DNA from: Clostridiales bacterium
Lineage (GTDB): Bacteria > Bacillota > Clostridia > Caldicoprobacterales > UBA3941
Direction: 5' to 3'
Length of the DNA stretch: 64,000 nt
NCBI GenBank assembly: GCA_012735575.1
Contig: JAAYGY010000056.1
Location: 29,360-93,359, forward strand
Of this stretch, positions 49,439 to 60,309 are shown piece by piece. Each line of letters starts with the position of its first letter. Within the stretch, counting starts at the first letter, position 1. Both the position numbers and the translations under genes were made by a program. The notes under the pieces were generated by a model. It saw nothing but the letters and a program-made list of their open reading frames with translations, was not told the DNA's origin and searched no databases.

Positions 49439-51940
49439 TCAAATTTGCTGTTGTTTTATATTTCTCAACCATTTATTATAATAATTGTATAAAGGACTCT
49501 CCTGAAGATCCCGGCGTTTTGGTCTAATGTTATAATGTATCCTGACAAGCCTATTAGCTGATTCAACTCTAATAAAATCCAACTCCTCAAAAACCTTAAG
49601 CATTAATCTTACCTTAAATCCATTAATATTCTTACCTATATGTTTTTGATAGTCTTCCAATAGTTCTATCCAGCCCTGCCACACACGAGATCCATTATTT
49701 AAAGACCGAAGCCATTTGTAAATGGTTTCAAAATCTACACGTTGCACAAAAAAATCTTCATCTATTCTACTCTTTATGTCTAATTGCAGATCTATATTTG
49801 TTATTTTATGGATCTTCGAATTTTCTATTTTTCCAAGATCTATCTGACAAAAAGATATTTCATCCTCGAATATATAGATATTTTTATAATCTGCAAAAGC
49901 AATAGTACTGTAACTTGGGGATAATATAATAGCATTGGTGCCAATGCCATTCCATTTATCAGGTTGTCCATAGCTAACAGCAACTTTTTGAGCAATACCA
50001 TATTTTAAAATATATTGAGCAATCCTTTGGCTATTTGCTAATGAGTTTACTAAAATTAGGGAACCTATTCCAGTTGTATCAATTTTATTCATAATATCAT
50101 CAATATCTACTGGTTTCAAGGATGATGGCTTAAGGGAGTTTATTTTACTGTTATAATGCTTATTATACATAAAATCGCGGAAAAAAGCATCAAATTTTTT
50201 TAAATAAAAGTAAGATAAAAATCTGTCCCAATCATGACTATTGCTCAAAGATAAAGCTATCTGTTTTACATTAAACTGTATTTTACTTATACCCTTCCAC
50301 TCATTTTTTTCAATACCTGTGACCATGGATACTCGATTGGCAGCAGATAGAGTTTCGGAACGCTGTCCCATGTCAAATGCAATGCCATCCCACAATCTAT
50401 GACCTAACTCTATAGACATCATTAAATGCCTGCCATCTTTGCCTACCTGCCTGTTTGTCTCCAGTCTAACATTAGACAATAAAAAGTAGGGTGAAGGATT
50501 GCCTATACCAAAAGGTTCTAATGCCTCTAGTTCTTTCACAAGATCATAAGTTATATCATCTGATTTAAGATCTATATCATAAGAGTATTTAGGTATTAGC
50601 ATGGTATCATCAATTGCTTTATCACAGTAATCTAAAAGATGCTGTCTCAAGCTATCAATATTGGATTCAGCTAACTTAAATCCTGCAGCCTGCTCATGAC
50701 CACCAAATTTTTCAAGCAAATGCGAACAAGAATCTAATGCATCATAAATACTAAAGTCCCTAACACTTCTAGCTGAACCAACTCCGACACCATCCTCAAC
50801 GGCGATTAGTATGCATGGACGATAATATTGTTCGGTAATTTTAGATGCTGCTATCCCTATTACTCCTGGATTCCATCCCTCTTTGCTTAATACTATTATT
50901 CTATCGGAACTTAAATCTACCCTCTCTTCAATCATCTCTTCAGCTTCTCTTATGGTATCCATCTCTATAGCCTGCCTATGCTTATTATGCTGATCCAGTA
51001 ATTTAGCTAATGGCATAGCCTGGGTTAGAGTTTTAGAAGTTAACAACTCAAATCCTCTTAAAGGATTATCAATTCTACCGGTAGCATTAAGCCTTGGCGC
51101 CAAACCATATGCTATATTCCCTGTATTAATCTTCTTATCCTTATAACCAGATACTTCTATAAGAGCTTTAATTCCAGGACAAGGTGACTGAATTATTTTA
51201 TCTAAACCCTTTGCTACTAATATTCTATTGTCTCCAATTAAGGGAACCACGTCAGCTACAGTTCCCAAAGCTATCAAGTCGAGATACTCTTCTAAATACT
51301 TCATTCCTCCTATAGCCTGAACTAATTTTCCAGCCACACCAACCCCGGCAAGGGGATGCTCTCTATGAAGATCAGGGTCTCTAGATGGATTTATTACTGC
51401 TATAGCCTCTGGTAGACTGGATCCGCACTGATGATGGTCTGTAATAATCATGTCAATACCCAATTCTTTGGCAAGCTCAACTTCAGCCACTGCAGTAATA
51501 CCACAATCAACACTTATAATTAATTGAGTCCCACTTTTATGAATATGCTCAATGGCCTCTCGATTAATACCATAGCCTTCATCCTGACGATTAGGTATAT
51601 ATACATCTACAGGACAATTTTTGCTTTGAAAGAAATTATAAAGGAGAGCACAACTAGTCATTCCATCTACATCATAATCCCCATATATGGTTATGGGTTC
51701 CTTAGTTGATATTGCCCTTTCTATTCTTTCTACTGCCTTATCCATATCTTTCAACCTAAAAGGATCAAACAGATTATTCATAGAAGGGTTTAAAAAGATC
51801 TGAGCACTTTTAATATCACTAATCCCTCGATTTAGCAGAATTCTAGATGTTACCCTGGAAATATCCAAAGCGTTTTTAAATAGCTCTATCATAGTTTCTA
51901 TATCGTCTATAGAAGGATTAATAGGTTCAAACATCTCCAT
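49439..51940 (-). CDS. recJ: Single-stranded-DNA-specific exonuclease RecJ (long Firmicutes form)
   Basis: DHH motifs (YGDYDVDGMTS, ISVDCG, ITDHH), DHHA1 (GGHEQAAG); about 260-aa C-terminal extension. Start set to ATG 51940 (AAGGTGA RBS); the ORF-track start at 52045 lies inside secF. Confidence 0.9.
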   Translation of the reverse strand: MEMFEPINPSIDDIETMIELFKNALDISRVTSRILLNRGISDIKSAQIFLNPSMNNLFDPFRLKDMDKAVERIERAISTKEPITIYGDYDVDGMTSCALLYNFFQSKNCPVDVYIPNRQDEGYGINREAIEHIHKSGTQLIISVDCGITAVAEVELAKELGIDMIITDHHQCGSSLPEAIAVINPSRDPDLHREHPLAGVGVAGKLVQAIGGMKYLEEYLDLIALGTVADVVPLIGDNRILVAKGLDKIIQSPCPGIKALIEVSGYKDKKINTGNIAYGLAPRLNATGRIDNPLRGFELLTSKTLTQAMPLAKLLDQHNKHRQAIEMDTIREAEEMIEERVDLSSDRIIVLSKEGWNPGVIGIAASKITEQYYRPCILIAVEDGVGVGSARSVRDFSIYDALDSCSHLLEKFGGHEQAAGFKLAESNIDSLRQHLLDYCDKAIDDTMLIPKYSYDIDLKSDDITYDLVKELEALEPFGIGNPSPYFLLSNVRLETNRQVGKDGRHLMMSIELGHRLWDGIAFDMGQRSETLSAANRVSMVTGIEKNEWKGISKIQFNVKQIALSLSNSHDWDRFLSYFYLKKFDAFFRDFMYNKHYNSKINSLKPSSLKPVDIDDIMNKIDTTGIGSLILVNSLANSQRIAQYILKYGIAQKVAVSYGQPDKWNGIGTNAIILSPSYSTIAFADYKNIYIFEDEISFCQIDLGKIENSKIHKITNIDLQLDIKSRIDEDFFVQRVDFETIYKWLRSLNNGSRVWQGWIELLEDYQKHIGKNINGFKVRLMLKVFEELDFIRVESANRLVRIHYNIRPKRRDLQESPLYNYYNKWLRNIKQQQI

Positions 51941-52004
51941 AAACTTCACCTTAATTTCCTGTATTATCAAAATTAAAAGCTTCCTGTAGGAAGCTTTTAA
52001 TCTT

Positions 52005-52895
52005 CTATTTTGCTGTAGCCATTTTTCGAGATTTGGACTTTTCATCCCATAAAGCCCATAAGGATCCTGCTATAAATACAGACGAATAAGTTCCTGCAAT
52101 AAGGCCTACTATAATGGGCAGAGTGAAATCCTTTATAGATTCAACCCCCAAAACATACAAGGTAGCTACCGCGAATATGGTAGTGAGGGAGGTATTAAGT
52201 GTCCTGGTAATACTTTGTCTTATACTTTCATCAACAATCTCTGACATAGTCATTTTTCTTCCTAATTGTTTTATATTCTCCCTAACCCTATCAAAAACAA
52301 CTATAGTATCATTTATAGAATAACCAACTATGGTAAGGATAGCCGCAATAAAGGAGCTATTAATCTGTATTCCTGTAATAGCTGTTACTGCAATCATTAT
52401 AAAAACGTCATGAAGCAAAACAATAACAGCAGCTACACCAGAAACTAGCTCAAATCTAATCCAAATATATACCAGCATCAAAGCTCCAGCTATCAATACA
52501 GACATAACTGCATTCTGGATTAATGTCCTTCCCATAGTAGGACCAACATAATCTATACTTATGGCATCAGAAGCCAGGTTGTATTTTTCTTGAAGTCCTT
52601 TGACTATATTTTCATGAATTTCTTGTTGATTTTCCATATACCTCATTTTAATAATAGCATCCTGATTATCCTGACCAGCACTTAATATATCAGCATCCAC
52701 ACTCTGTTCATTGACAATGGCACGTATATCATCCACATTAAAGGGGGAACCAATACTGGCATATATTGTGCTACCGCCAATAAAATCTATACCTAGGTTA
52801 AGCCCTCGTACTGCTATAACGCCAACTCCAATGAGGATAATTATTAGGGGTATGGCAATCCATATTTTAAAATTCTTAACAATATTAAAATTCAT
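52005..52895 (-). CDS. secF: Protein translocase subunit SecF
   Basis: 296 aa, six TM helices, conserved GYSINDTIVVFDRVREN. Confidence 0.95.
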   Translation of the reverse strand: MNFNIVKNFKIWIAIPLIIILIGVGVIAVRGLNLGIDFIGGSTIYASIGSPFNVDDIRAIVNEQSVDADILSAGQDNQDAIIKMRYMENQQEIHENIVKGLQEKYNLASDAISIDYVGPTMGRTLIQNAVMSVLIAGALMLVYIWIRFELVSGVAAVIVLLHDVFIMIAVTAITGIQINSSFIAAILTIVGYSINDTIVVFDRVRENIKQLGRKMTMSEIVDESIRQSITRTLNTSLTTIFAVATLYVLGVESIKDFTLPIIVGLIAGTYSSVFIAGSLWALWDEKSKSRKMATAK

Positions 52896-52910
52896 CCTTA
52901 TATGCCTCCC

Positions 52911-54146
52911 TTATATACCATAAAGCTTTTTATTCTTGATGTTAAGCCCCATAACCAGCTTTAAAACGTAGCGGGTAAAGGAAATAGCTGTAAACATACT
53001 TGCTATGATTCCTATTATCAGAGTTTTAGCAAACCCTTGTATAGGTCCTGTCCCAAAATAAAGGAGGACGATGGCAGCAATTAAAGTAGTTATATTAGAG
53101 TCCAAGATAGCTCTAAAAGCCTTGGTAAATCCCATATCCAACGCTGCTCTTAAGGTTTTACCTGTTCGTGCTTCCTCTTTAATTCTTTCAAATATAATAA
53201 CATTGGCATCTACAGCCATGCCCACTGATAATATAATACCAGCAATACCTGGGAGAGTTAAAGTTATCTTGGCAATTACTATAACTGTCATTACTATTAT
53301 GATGTATGCAACTAAAGCCAGATCAGCTACCAAACCTGGTAGTCTGTAATACAGCAGCATAAACAGTAGCACTGCTATTACACCTATTGTACCAGCTAAA
53401 ATAGCCTGATTAAGAGCATTAACACCTAGTGTAGCACCTATTGTGCGGATCTCTGCTTGCTCCAGTTCTACAGGCAGGGCACCACTTTCAATCAAATTAG
53501 CCAGCTGTTTTGCTTCTTCTATATCCTTCATACCTTCAATGATACCTTTGCCTCCTGTTATAGGGCTATTTACTATAGGTTCGGATATAGGATTATTATC
53601 TAACAAAATCCTAATGACCTGTCCCTGGTATTTGGTAGTTGCCTCTGCAAATTTATCAGCACCTTCAGAATGAAGTTCAAAGTCAACTACTGCAGTCTGA
53701 CCAGGGCCATAGGCAGGTTTTGCAGATTTTACATCTTTACCAGTTATAATTATATCCCCTTCAGGTCCTTCAAATTCCAGGACAGCAGGCTTGGCCAGTA
53801 TATCTGCAAGCTCCCTAGGATTTTTGATCCCTGGGATTTCTACCTGGATTCTATTATCTCCCTGTCTAGCAACAGTTGCCTCGTTCTGACCTTCCTTATC
53901 CAATCTATTTCGGATAACCCTCATAGCACCAGTGATCTTACTATCCTTATCAGGGTCATTAGGCTCTACTTTGGCCTCATAAACAACATATAGACCTCCC
54001 TTAAGATCTAACCCCTGACGTACTTGTTGTCCTAATGGAGGAATCTCATAAGGTCCCCATAGGGATATTCCGTTTAATGCCACGTAGGAAAAAAATCCTA
54101 TAATAAAAATAATAAGTAGCAGCTTCCAGCCGCTTTTTCCCTTCAT
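52911..54146 (-). CDS. secD: Protein translocase subunit SecD
   Basis: LGLDLKGG motif (QGLDLKGGLYVVY), C-terminal six-TM domain with GMAVDANVIIFERIKEE; start ATG 54146 (GAGGGGGA RBS). Confidence 0.95.
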   Translation of the reverse strand: MKGKSGWKLLLIIFIIGFFSYVALNGISLWGPYEIPPLGQQVRQGLDLKGGLYVVYEAKVEPNDPDKDSKITGAMRVIRNRLDKEGQNEATVARQGDNRIQVEIPGIKNPRELADILAKPAVLEFEGPEGDIIITGKDVKSAKPAYGPGQTAVVDFELHSEGADKFAEATTKYQGQVIRILLDNNPISEPIVNSPITGGKGIIEGMKDIEEAKQLANLIESGALPVELEQAEIRTIGATLGVNALNQAILAGTIGVIAVLLFMLLYYRLPGLVADLALVAYIIIVMTVIVIAKITLTLPGIAGIILSVGMAVDANVIIFERIKEEARTGKTLRAALDMGFTKAFRAILDSNITTLIAAIVLLYFGTGPIQGFAKTLIIGIIASMFTAISFTRYVLKLVMGLNIKNKKLYGI

Positions 54147-54228
54147 ATTGTATCCCCCTCTTTTCCTTTCCAAGCCAAACTAGCTTCTAACAGAAATTTG
54201 TTTTACTACATAAAATGTCACTCTAACA

Positions 54229-54257
54229 ATTATATTACTTTGAAGGATGTCAGTCAA
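54229..54257 (-). promoter_or_regulatory. Consensus-like sigma-A promoter for secDF
   Basis: Minus strand TTGACT-17 nt-TATAAT, about 75 nt upstream of secD start. Confidence 0.7.
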
Positions 54258-54324
54258 TAGTCTTCAAATTTCCCAAAATCTGAATATAGTAGATCTGAAT
54301 AGTAGATAACTAAGCATACATAGA

Positions 54325-54351
54325 AATAGCAGTAGCAACGCCACTGCTATT
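54325..54351 (-). terminator. Rho-independent terminator after the SCIFF gene
   Basis: Minus strand AATAGCAGTGGC-GTT-GCTACTGCTATT (12-bp stem incl. one G-U) followed by TCTAT; 36 nt after stop codon. Confidence 0.7.
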
Positions 54352-54387
54352 AAAAATATAAATCAAAACCTTATTAATCCTAATCTA

Positions 54388-54528
54388 CTATTTTTGTTCG
54401 CAATTTTGATTCGCGACTGTACATGAGGTCTTGCAAGCAGACTGGCAAGAAGCCTGGCATTCGCCGCATCCTGATTTTAAAATAGTTTTCTTCAAATTAC
54501 CCTTATGTAACGTTTTAATATGACTCAT
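54388..54528 (-). CDS. scfA: Six-cysteine ranthipeptide precursor SCIFF
   Basis: 46 aa from ATG 54528 (GGAGGAATAATT RBS): MSHIKTLHKGNLKKTILKSGCGECQASCQSACKTSCTVANQNCEQK; six Cys and the GCGECQ-SCQSACKTSCTV core match the SCIFF family as I recall it. Confidence 0.9.
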   Translation of the reverse strand: MSHIKTLHKGNLKKTILKSGCGECQASCQSACKTSCTVANQNCEQK

Positions 54529-54572
54529 AATTATTCCTCCTTGGCACCAATTATAAATACGACTGTAACACA

Positions 54573-54601
54573 ATTATACAATAGCTATAGCCTTTCTGCA
54601 A
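54573..54601 (-). promoter_or_regulatory. Sigma-A promoter candidate for the SCIFF gene
   Basis: Minus strand TTGCAG-17 nt-TATAAT, about 45 nt upstream of the ATG. Confidence 0.65.
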
Positions 54602-54615
54602 GAAATTTGATTATA

Positions 54616-55023
54616 TTAAATATTGACTCCTATAATACCGCCTACTGCACCTGCAACTGCTCCTAAAAGAAGATCTGAAAAAATCAAGGATCCCATAATG
54701 TGAAAATCACCGAATAGGGAGCTAATTATAAAAGCCAAGAAAATATACAGTATTCCTGTGATGCAGCCTTTAAGCCATCCCATTTTTCGGCTTGCTCTGG
54801 CTGCTAGCATACCACCAAAAGCTATACTCAGGGTACGCACCACCTGAACAACTGGTGGAATTATTGATTCTTGCATATCTGCTAATTTTATGATAGCAGC
54901 AAATATGGTAAAGCAGATTAATGAAATAATAATGGCAATTAACGAACTCCTTAAAATGGCTATAATATCACCCGCGACTGATCCAGAACCTTGTCTGCTG
55001 GAAGTTCTTCGGATTTTTTTCAT
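54616..55023 (-). CDS. Small integral membrane protein (TIGR04086/YrzE-like, from memory)
   Basis: About 135 aa, basic N-terminus then four predicted TM helices, Gly-rich C-terminus GAVAGAVGGIIG; start ATG 55023 (AAGGGGA RBS). Confidence 0.55.
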   Translation of the reverse strand: MKKIRRTSSRQGSGSVAGDIIAILRSSLIAIIISLICFTIFAAIIKLADMQESIIPPVVQVVRTLSIAFGGMLAARASRKMGWLKGCITGILYIFLAFIISSLFGDFHIMGSLIFSDLLLGAVAGAVGGIIGVNI

Positions 55024-55219
55024 GGTTCCCATCCCCTTTATATTTTTTGGCTGCTATACCTAATTTTATACATATCACCAAATACAATAAGCTTAATATA
55101 AAATATGCAGCCAAAAGGGTATATATACCAATTTCAATGGGTATGGGGAATTGCTTCTTAAATACAAAAAGGGCTACCCAAGCCGGTTTTCTATCGACTT
55201 TAAGGGTCAGCCCAGTCTT

Positions 55220-55534
55220 CTAATCAGCTGTAATCTTGTCCACACTTCTAACAGCCCAACGTTCAAAAACCAACTTTACCTTATCAACGCCTACTTCTAC
55301 TGTAATAACATCTTCACGAATAGCAACAATCTTACCGCATATTCCACCAATGGTAGTAATATTATCTCCTACAGTCAGGGAAGCAAGCATCTCTCTATTT
55401 TCTTTCTCCCTTTTTCTCTGGGGACGAATAATTATAAAATAGAAAACTACTATCATCAATATAATAGGTAAAAAGCTGGCAAATAAACCTGCAGCTCCTG
55501 CCTCTGGTACACCTGTAGCAGCATTTAATAACAT
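55220..55534 (-). CDS. yajC: Preprotein translocase subunit YajC
   Basis: 104 aa from ATG 55534 (AAAGGAGGGAAAGAC RBS); single TM then IIRPQRKREKE and GDNITTIGGICGKIV motifs. Confidence 0.9.
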   Translation of the reverse strand: MLLNAATGVPEAGAAGLFASFLPIILMIVVFYFIIIRPQRKREKENREMLASLTVGDNITTIGGICGKIVAIREDVITVEVGVDKVKLVFERWAVRSVDKITAD

Positions 55535-55610
55535 GTCTTTCCCTCCTTTACCAAAAAATTGATTCTTGTCAATCTCCATATCTATAGATATGTAGTTTAA
55601 TTATTTATTT

Positions 55611-55639
55611 ATTATACCTTATAAGGCTAAATATGGCAA
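55611..55639 (-). promoter_or_regulatory. Sigma-A promoter candidate for yajC
   Basis: Minus strand TTGCCA-17 nt-TATAAT; followed by 16-bp perfect palindrome CATATCTATAGATATG (55577-55592) in the leader. Confidence 0.6.
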
Positions 55640-55654
55640 AGCTAAATTCATAAA

Positions 55655-56779
<1,125 letters not shown>

Positions 56780-56801
56780 TCACCTCCGTAAAATTAACAA
56801 A

Positions 56802-57827
56802 TTAGAGTATTAACATAGCATCTCCAAAACTAAAAAATCTATATTTTTCTTCCACTGCTATTTTATATATATTCAATACCTCTTCTTTACCAATGAAAGC
56901 TGCAACCAGCATAATTAGAGTAGATTTTGGTAGGTGGAAATTGGTTATTAACCCGTCTATACCTTTAAAAGTGTAACCAGGATAGATAAAGATATCCGTT
57001 TTTCCTGATCCAGGATGTATAAGACCATTATCATCGGCTACAGATTCCAATGTGCGGGTCGAGGTAGTTCCCACTGCTATTATTCTGCCCCCATTTTTCC
57101 GGCACTGGTTTATGGTATGAGCCGCTTCATGGGATACATGGTAAGTCTCATAGTGCATTTTATGTTCTTTTATCTCCTCTACCTTAACAGGTCTGAATGT
57201 ACCCAGACCAACATGAAGAGTAATCCTTGCAATCTTTACACCCATTTTTTCTATATCAGCCAGAAGTTCTTTGGTAAAATGTAAACCTGCAGTAGGAGCA
57301 GCTGATGAACCGGCAAACCTATTGTATACAGTCTGGTATCTTTCCTTCTCATCTAATTTTTCATGTATATAGGGTGGCAATGGCATAATTCCTACTTGGT
57401 CCAAAATTTCCTCAAATATTCCTGTATAAAAAAATTCAATTATTCGTGAACCATCTTCCAAAATATCTATTACTTCGGCTCTTAAAATACCATTACCAAA
57501 TACTAATCTTGATCCAACCCTTACCCTTTTACCAGGCTTCACTAAAGTTTGCCACCTATCTCCTTCCTTTTTTTCCAATAACAAAAGCTCTACCTTACCA
57601 CCTGTATCTTCTCTTTGTCCATAAAGTCTTGCGGGTATAACCCTTGTATCATTTATAACCAGACAATCCCCTGGCTTAAGATACTCTTTTATATGAGAAA
57701 ATATTCTATGCTCTATTTTTTTGCTTTTCCTGTGATAGACCAACATTCTAGATTGATCCCTTATTGGAGAGGGATGTTGGGCTATCAATTCTTCAGGTAG
57801 ATAATAATCAAAGTCTGATACTTTCAA
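56802..57827 (-). CDS. queA: S-adenosylmethionine:tRNA ribosyltransferase-isomerase
   Basis: 341 aa; [20 protein letters not shown]-terminus, GLHFT and [10 protein letters not shown] motifs; TTG start. Confidence 0.95.
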   Translation of the reverse strand: MKVSDFDYYLPEELIAQHPSPIRDQSRMLVYHRKSKKIEHRIFSHIKEYLKPGDCLVINDTRVIPARLYGQREDTGGKVELLLLEKKEGDRWQTLVKPGKRVRVGSRLVFGNGILRAEVIDILEDGSRIIEFFYTGIFEEILDQVGIMPLPPYIHEKLDEKERYQTVYNRFAGSSAAPTAGLHFTKELLADIEKMGVKIARITLHVGLGTFRPVKVEEIKEHKMHYETYHVSHEAAHTINQCRKNGGRIIAVGTTSTRTLESVADDNGLIHPGSGKTDIFIYPGYTFKGIDGLITNFHLPKSTLIMLVAAFIGKEEVLNIYKIAVEEKYRFFSFGDAMLIL

Positions 57828-57990
57828 AGTCCTTCTCCTTCTCTTTTCTTAGATGTTCTAAACTTAACTACATAATCTATGATGTGCTATTATAAGTGAA
57901 CGATAAATAGCACTTTATGTTCATATATCAATAAGTATTGAAATTAGCACAATAAATTATAATAACTTATCTTATAATGACTATTCTTCT

Positions 57991-59010
57991 TTATAATAAT
58001 GTAGTTTGCTCCTCATAAGATATACCCATATGCTTATATCCCAGAGGAGTCACAACCCTGCCTCTAGGTGTTCTAGCGATAAAACCCAATTGCAATAGAT
58101 AAGGTTCATACACATCCTCAATGGTAATAGTTTCTTCACCTGTTGATGCAGCTAAAGTATCAATTCCTACTGGACCTCCACCGAACTTCTCAATCATAGT
58201 GAGTAAGATCTTACGATCTACCTCATCTAATCCAACAGAATCAACATCAAGTAAATCTAGTGCTTCACAGGCCACTTCCAGGGTAATAACACCATCAGCC
58301 TTTATTTGTGCATAATCCCTAACTCGTTTCAGCAGGCGATTAGCAACTCTAGGAGTTCCCCTTGAACGTTTAGCTATTTCTTCAGCGCCGTCTTCATGAA
58401 TCTCTACTCCCAATATTCCTGCTGACCTTGTTACAATTTGTTTTAACTCCTTCTTATTATACAGATTCATCCTATTTATTATCCCAAACCTGTCTCTTAA
58501 GGGAGAAGTAAGCATACCGGCCCGAGTGGTTGCGCCTATTAAAGTAAATCTAGGTAAATCCAGTCTAATGGATCGGGCACTGGGACCCTTTCCTATAATG
58601 ATATCCAGAGCAAAATCTTCCATAGCAGGATATAATATCTCCTCTACGGTTCTGTTTAAGCGATGGATCTCATCAATAAAAAGTACATCCATATCCCCTA
58701 AATTAGTTAATATGGCAGCCAAATCTCCAGGCTTTTCTATGGTGGGACCTGAAGTGATCCTAATTCCTACGCCTAATTCATTGGCAATAATATTAGCCAG
58801 AGTAGTTTTGCCTAAACCTGGAGGGCCATACAATAATACATGATCTAAGGCTTCAGAACGCTGTTTTGTGGCCTCAATAAAAATATTGAGTTTTTCCTTA
58901 AGCTTTTCTTGACCTATATATTCATCCAATGTTCTTGGTCTCAGGCTATACTCAATATCATTATCCCCTTCTATCATTGTAGAGGTAATAATTCTTTCTT
59001 CCTCTTGCAT
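57991..59010 (-). CDS. ruvB: Holliday junction helicase RuvB
   Basis: 339 aa; Walker [10 protein letters not shown], Walker B LFIDEIHR, sensor regions. Confidence 0.95.
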   Translation of the reverse strand: MQEEERIITSTMIEGDNDIEYSLRPRTLDEYIGQEKLKEKLNIFIEATKQRSEALDHVLLYGPPGLGKTTLANIIANELGVGIRITSGPTIEKPGDLAAILTNLGDMDVLFIDEIHRLNRTVEEILYPAMEDFALDIIIGKGPSARSIRLDLPRFTLIGATTRAGMLTSPLRDRFGIINRMNLYNKKELKQIVTRSAGILGVEIHEDGAEEIAKRSRGTPRVANRLLKRVRDYAQIKADGVITLEVACEALDLLDVDSVGLDEVDRKILLTMIEKFGGGPVGIDTLAASTGEETITIEDVYEPYLLQLGFIARTPRGRVVTPLGYKHMGISYEEQTTLL

Positions 59011-59040
59011 ATAACTTTCATTCCCTTCTTTTAGTATATC

Positions 59041-59637
59041 CTAGGGTCTATCCAGTAATTTAAGGGACAGCCTAATTAATGTAGAAACGTCCTGATTTTT
59101 ATCTTCTATTGAATCTAATGCCTGTTTGGCCTCCTGTGGTTGATACCCTAATGCAACCAAAGCCTCAATCACTTCGTTTTGATAGCCTGCAAAATCACTG
59201 TCTAACTGAGAATCTACTTGCCCCATTAGTGCCTCTTGATCAATTTTCTCCTTTAATTCCAATATCATCCTCTGAGCTGTTTTCTTGCCTACACCAGGAG
59301 CAGTACAAAGACTTTTTATGTCATTGGTAACTATGGCCAATGCTATTTGGGTTGGAGTTAAGGCTGACAGTATTCCCATAGCTACTTTAGGTCCAATACC
59401 CGATACTGTAATTAGCTTCTCGAAGATAGCCTTTTCCTCCCTATCAAAAAATCCATATAGTTCTTGGGCATCTTCCCGAACACTAAAATATGTATAAATT
59501 TTAACCATATTCCCCTTCTCGGGAAGTTTAGGCACCAAGGACTTAGCGACCTTTATCTCATACCCAATGCCTCCTGCCTCCAATACTACTCTTTGGGGAT
59601 GAACTTCTTGCAAGATTCCTTTTATATATGCAAACAT
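59041..59637 (-). CDS. ruvA: Holliday junction DNA-binding protein RuvA
   Basis: 198 aa; MFAYIKG N-terminus, HhH motifs (VSGIGPKVA, PGVGKKTAQR). Confidence 0.95.
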   Translation of the reverse strand: MFAYIKGILQEVHPQRVVLEAGGIGYEIKVAKSLVPKLPEKGNMVKIYTYFSVREDAQELYGFFDREEKAIFEKLITVSGIGPKVAMGILSALTPTQIALAIVTNDIKSLCTAPGVGKKTAQRMILELKEKIDQEALMGQVDSQLDSDFAGYQNEVIEALVALGYQPQEAKQALDSIEDKNQDVSTLIRLSLKLLDRP

Positions 59638-59658
59638 CCTATACTCCTTTCCCAGACA

Positions 59659-60162
59659 TTAACAGAATGATCTACAGCCGTATTTCCTACCCATATCGGC
59701 ACAATGAATATGACATATAGCTACAGCCAAGGCATCAGCTGCATCATCGGGTTTAGGAATTTCCTTAAGACTTAACAATGACTTCACCATCTGCTGTACC
59801 TGTGTTTTTTCCGCTCTACCGTATCCGACGACGGATTGTTTTACTTGTAATGGAGTATATTCATAAAGATTCAATCCGGTCTTTGCAGCAGCTAGTACTG
59901 CCACACCTCTTGCATGCCCTACAGTTATAGCCGTCTTAACATTTTTATTAAAAAACAGCTCTTCTATAGCTACTTCGTCGGGCTGATAACGGGAAATAAG
60001 CTCTTGGATCGAATCGTATATGGCTACCAATCTTTGTGGTGCCTCCATATCTGAAGGAGTGGTAATGACACCATAATCTATAGGCTTTAGTATATGACCT
60101 TTCTTCTCCACTACACCATAGCCTACAATGGCCATTCCCGGGTCAATGCCTAAAACAATCAT
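59659..60162 (-). CDS. ruvC: Holliday junction resolvase RuvC
   Basis: 167 aa; ILGIDPG catalytic Asp, [17 protein letters not shown] motifs. Confidence 0.9.
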   Translation of the reverse strand: MIVLGIDPGMAIVGYGVVEKKGHILKPIDYGVITTPSDMEAPQRLVAIYDSIQELISRYQPDEVAIEELFFNKNVKTAITVGHARGVAVLAAAKTGLNLYEYTPLQVKQSVVGYGRAEKTQVQQMVKSLLSLKEIPKPDDAADALAVAICHIHCADMGRKYGCRSFC

Positions 60163-60252
60163 ATAAAATCCCTGTCCTTATGCTTTTATTCTTTAAAGAA
60201 TACTACTATATATCAGTTGATATATAATAACTAATCTTATGTTGCTATAGTA

Positions 60253-60281
60253 ATATTATGCCTTTTCCTTTAATCTGTCAA
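60253..60281 (-). promoter_or_regulatory. Sigma-A promoter candidate for ruvCAB
   Basis: Minus strand TTGACA-17 nt-TAATAT, about 85 nt upstream of ruvC. Confidence 0.6.
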
Positions 60282-60309
60282 TGGAGATATAAATAGATAA
60301 AAAATAATC

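Noticed and set aside
49439-50250. C-terminal extension of about 260 aa on RecJ as a novel fused domain
   Set aside because: As I recall, Firmicutes RecJ proteins (about 780-830 aa) generally carry a comparable C-terminal extension. There are no distinctive motifs to argue for anything unusual.
51941-52045. N-terminal extensions offered by the ORF track for recJ, secD (54147-54173), yajC (55535-55579), fliH (22605-22646), fliJ, fliM, dtd, ireB and the Rrf2 gene
   Set aside because: In each case a downstream start has a properly spaced Shine-Dalgarno sequence and restores the conserved family N-terminus. The longer version overlaps the preceding gene or abuts the RBS.
57884-57913. Hairpin GTGCTATT-N14-AATAGCAC between ruvB and queA as terminator or riboswitch (for example preQ1)
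   Set aside because: No U-tract follows it, the loop contains a TATAAT-like hexamer, and there is no resemblance to the preQ1 aptamer consensus. The evidence is insufficient for any call.
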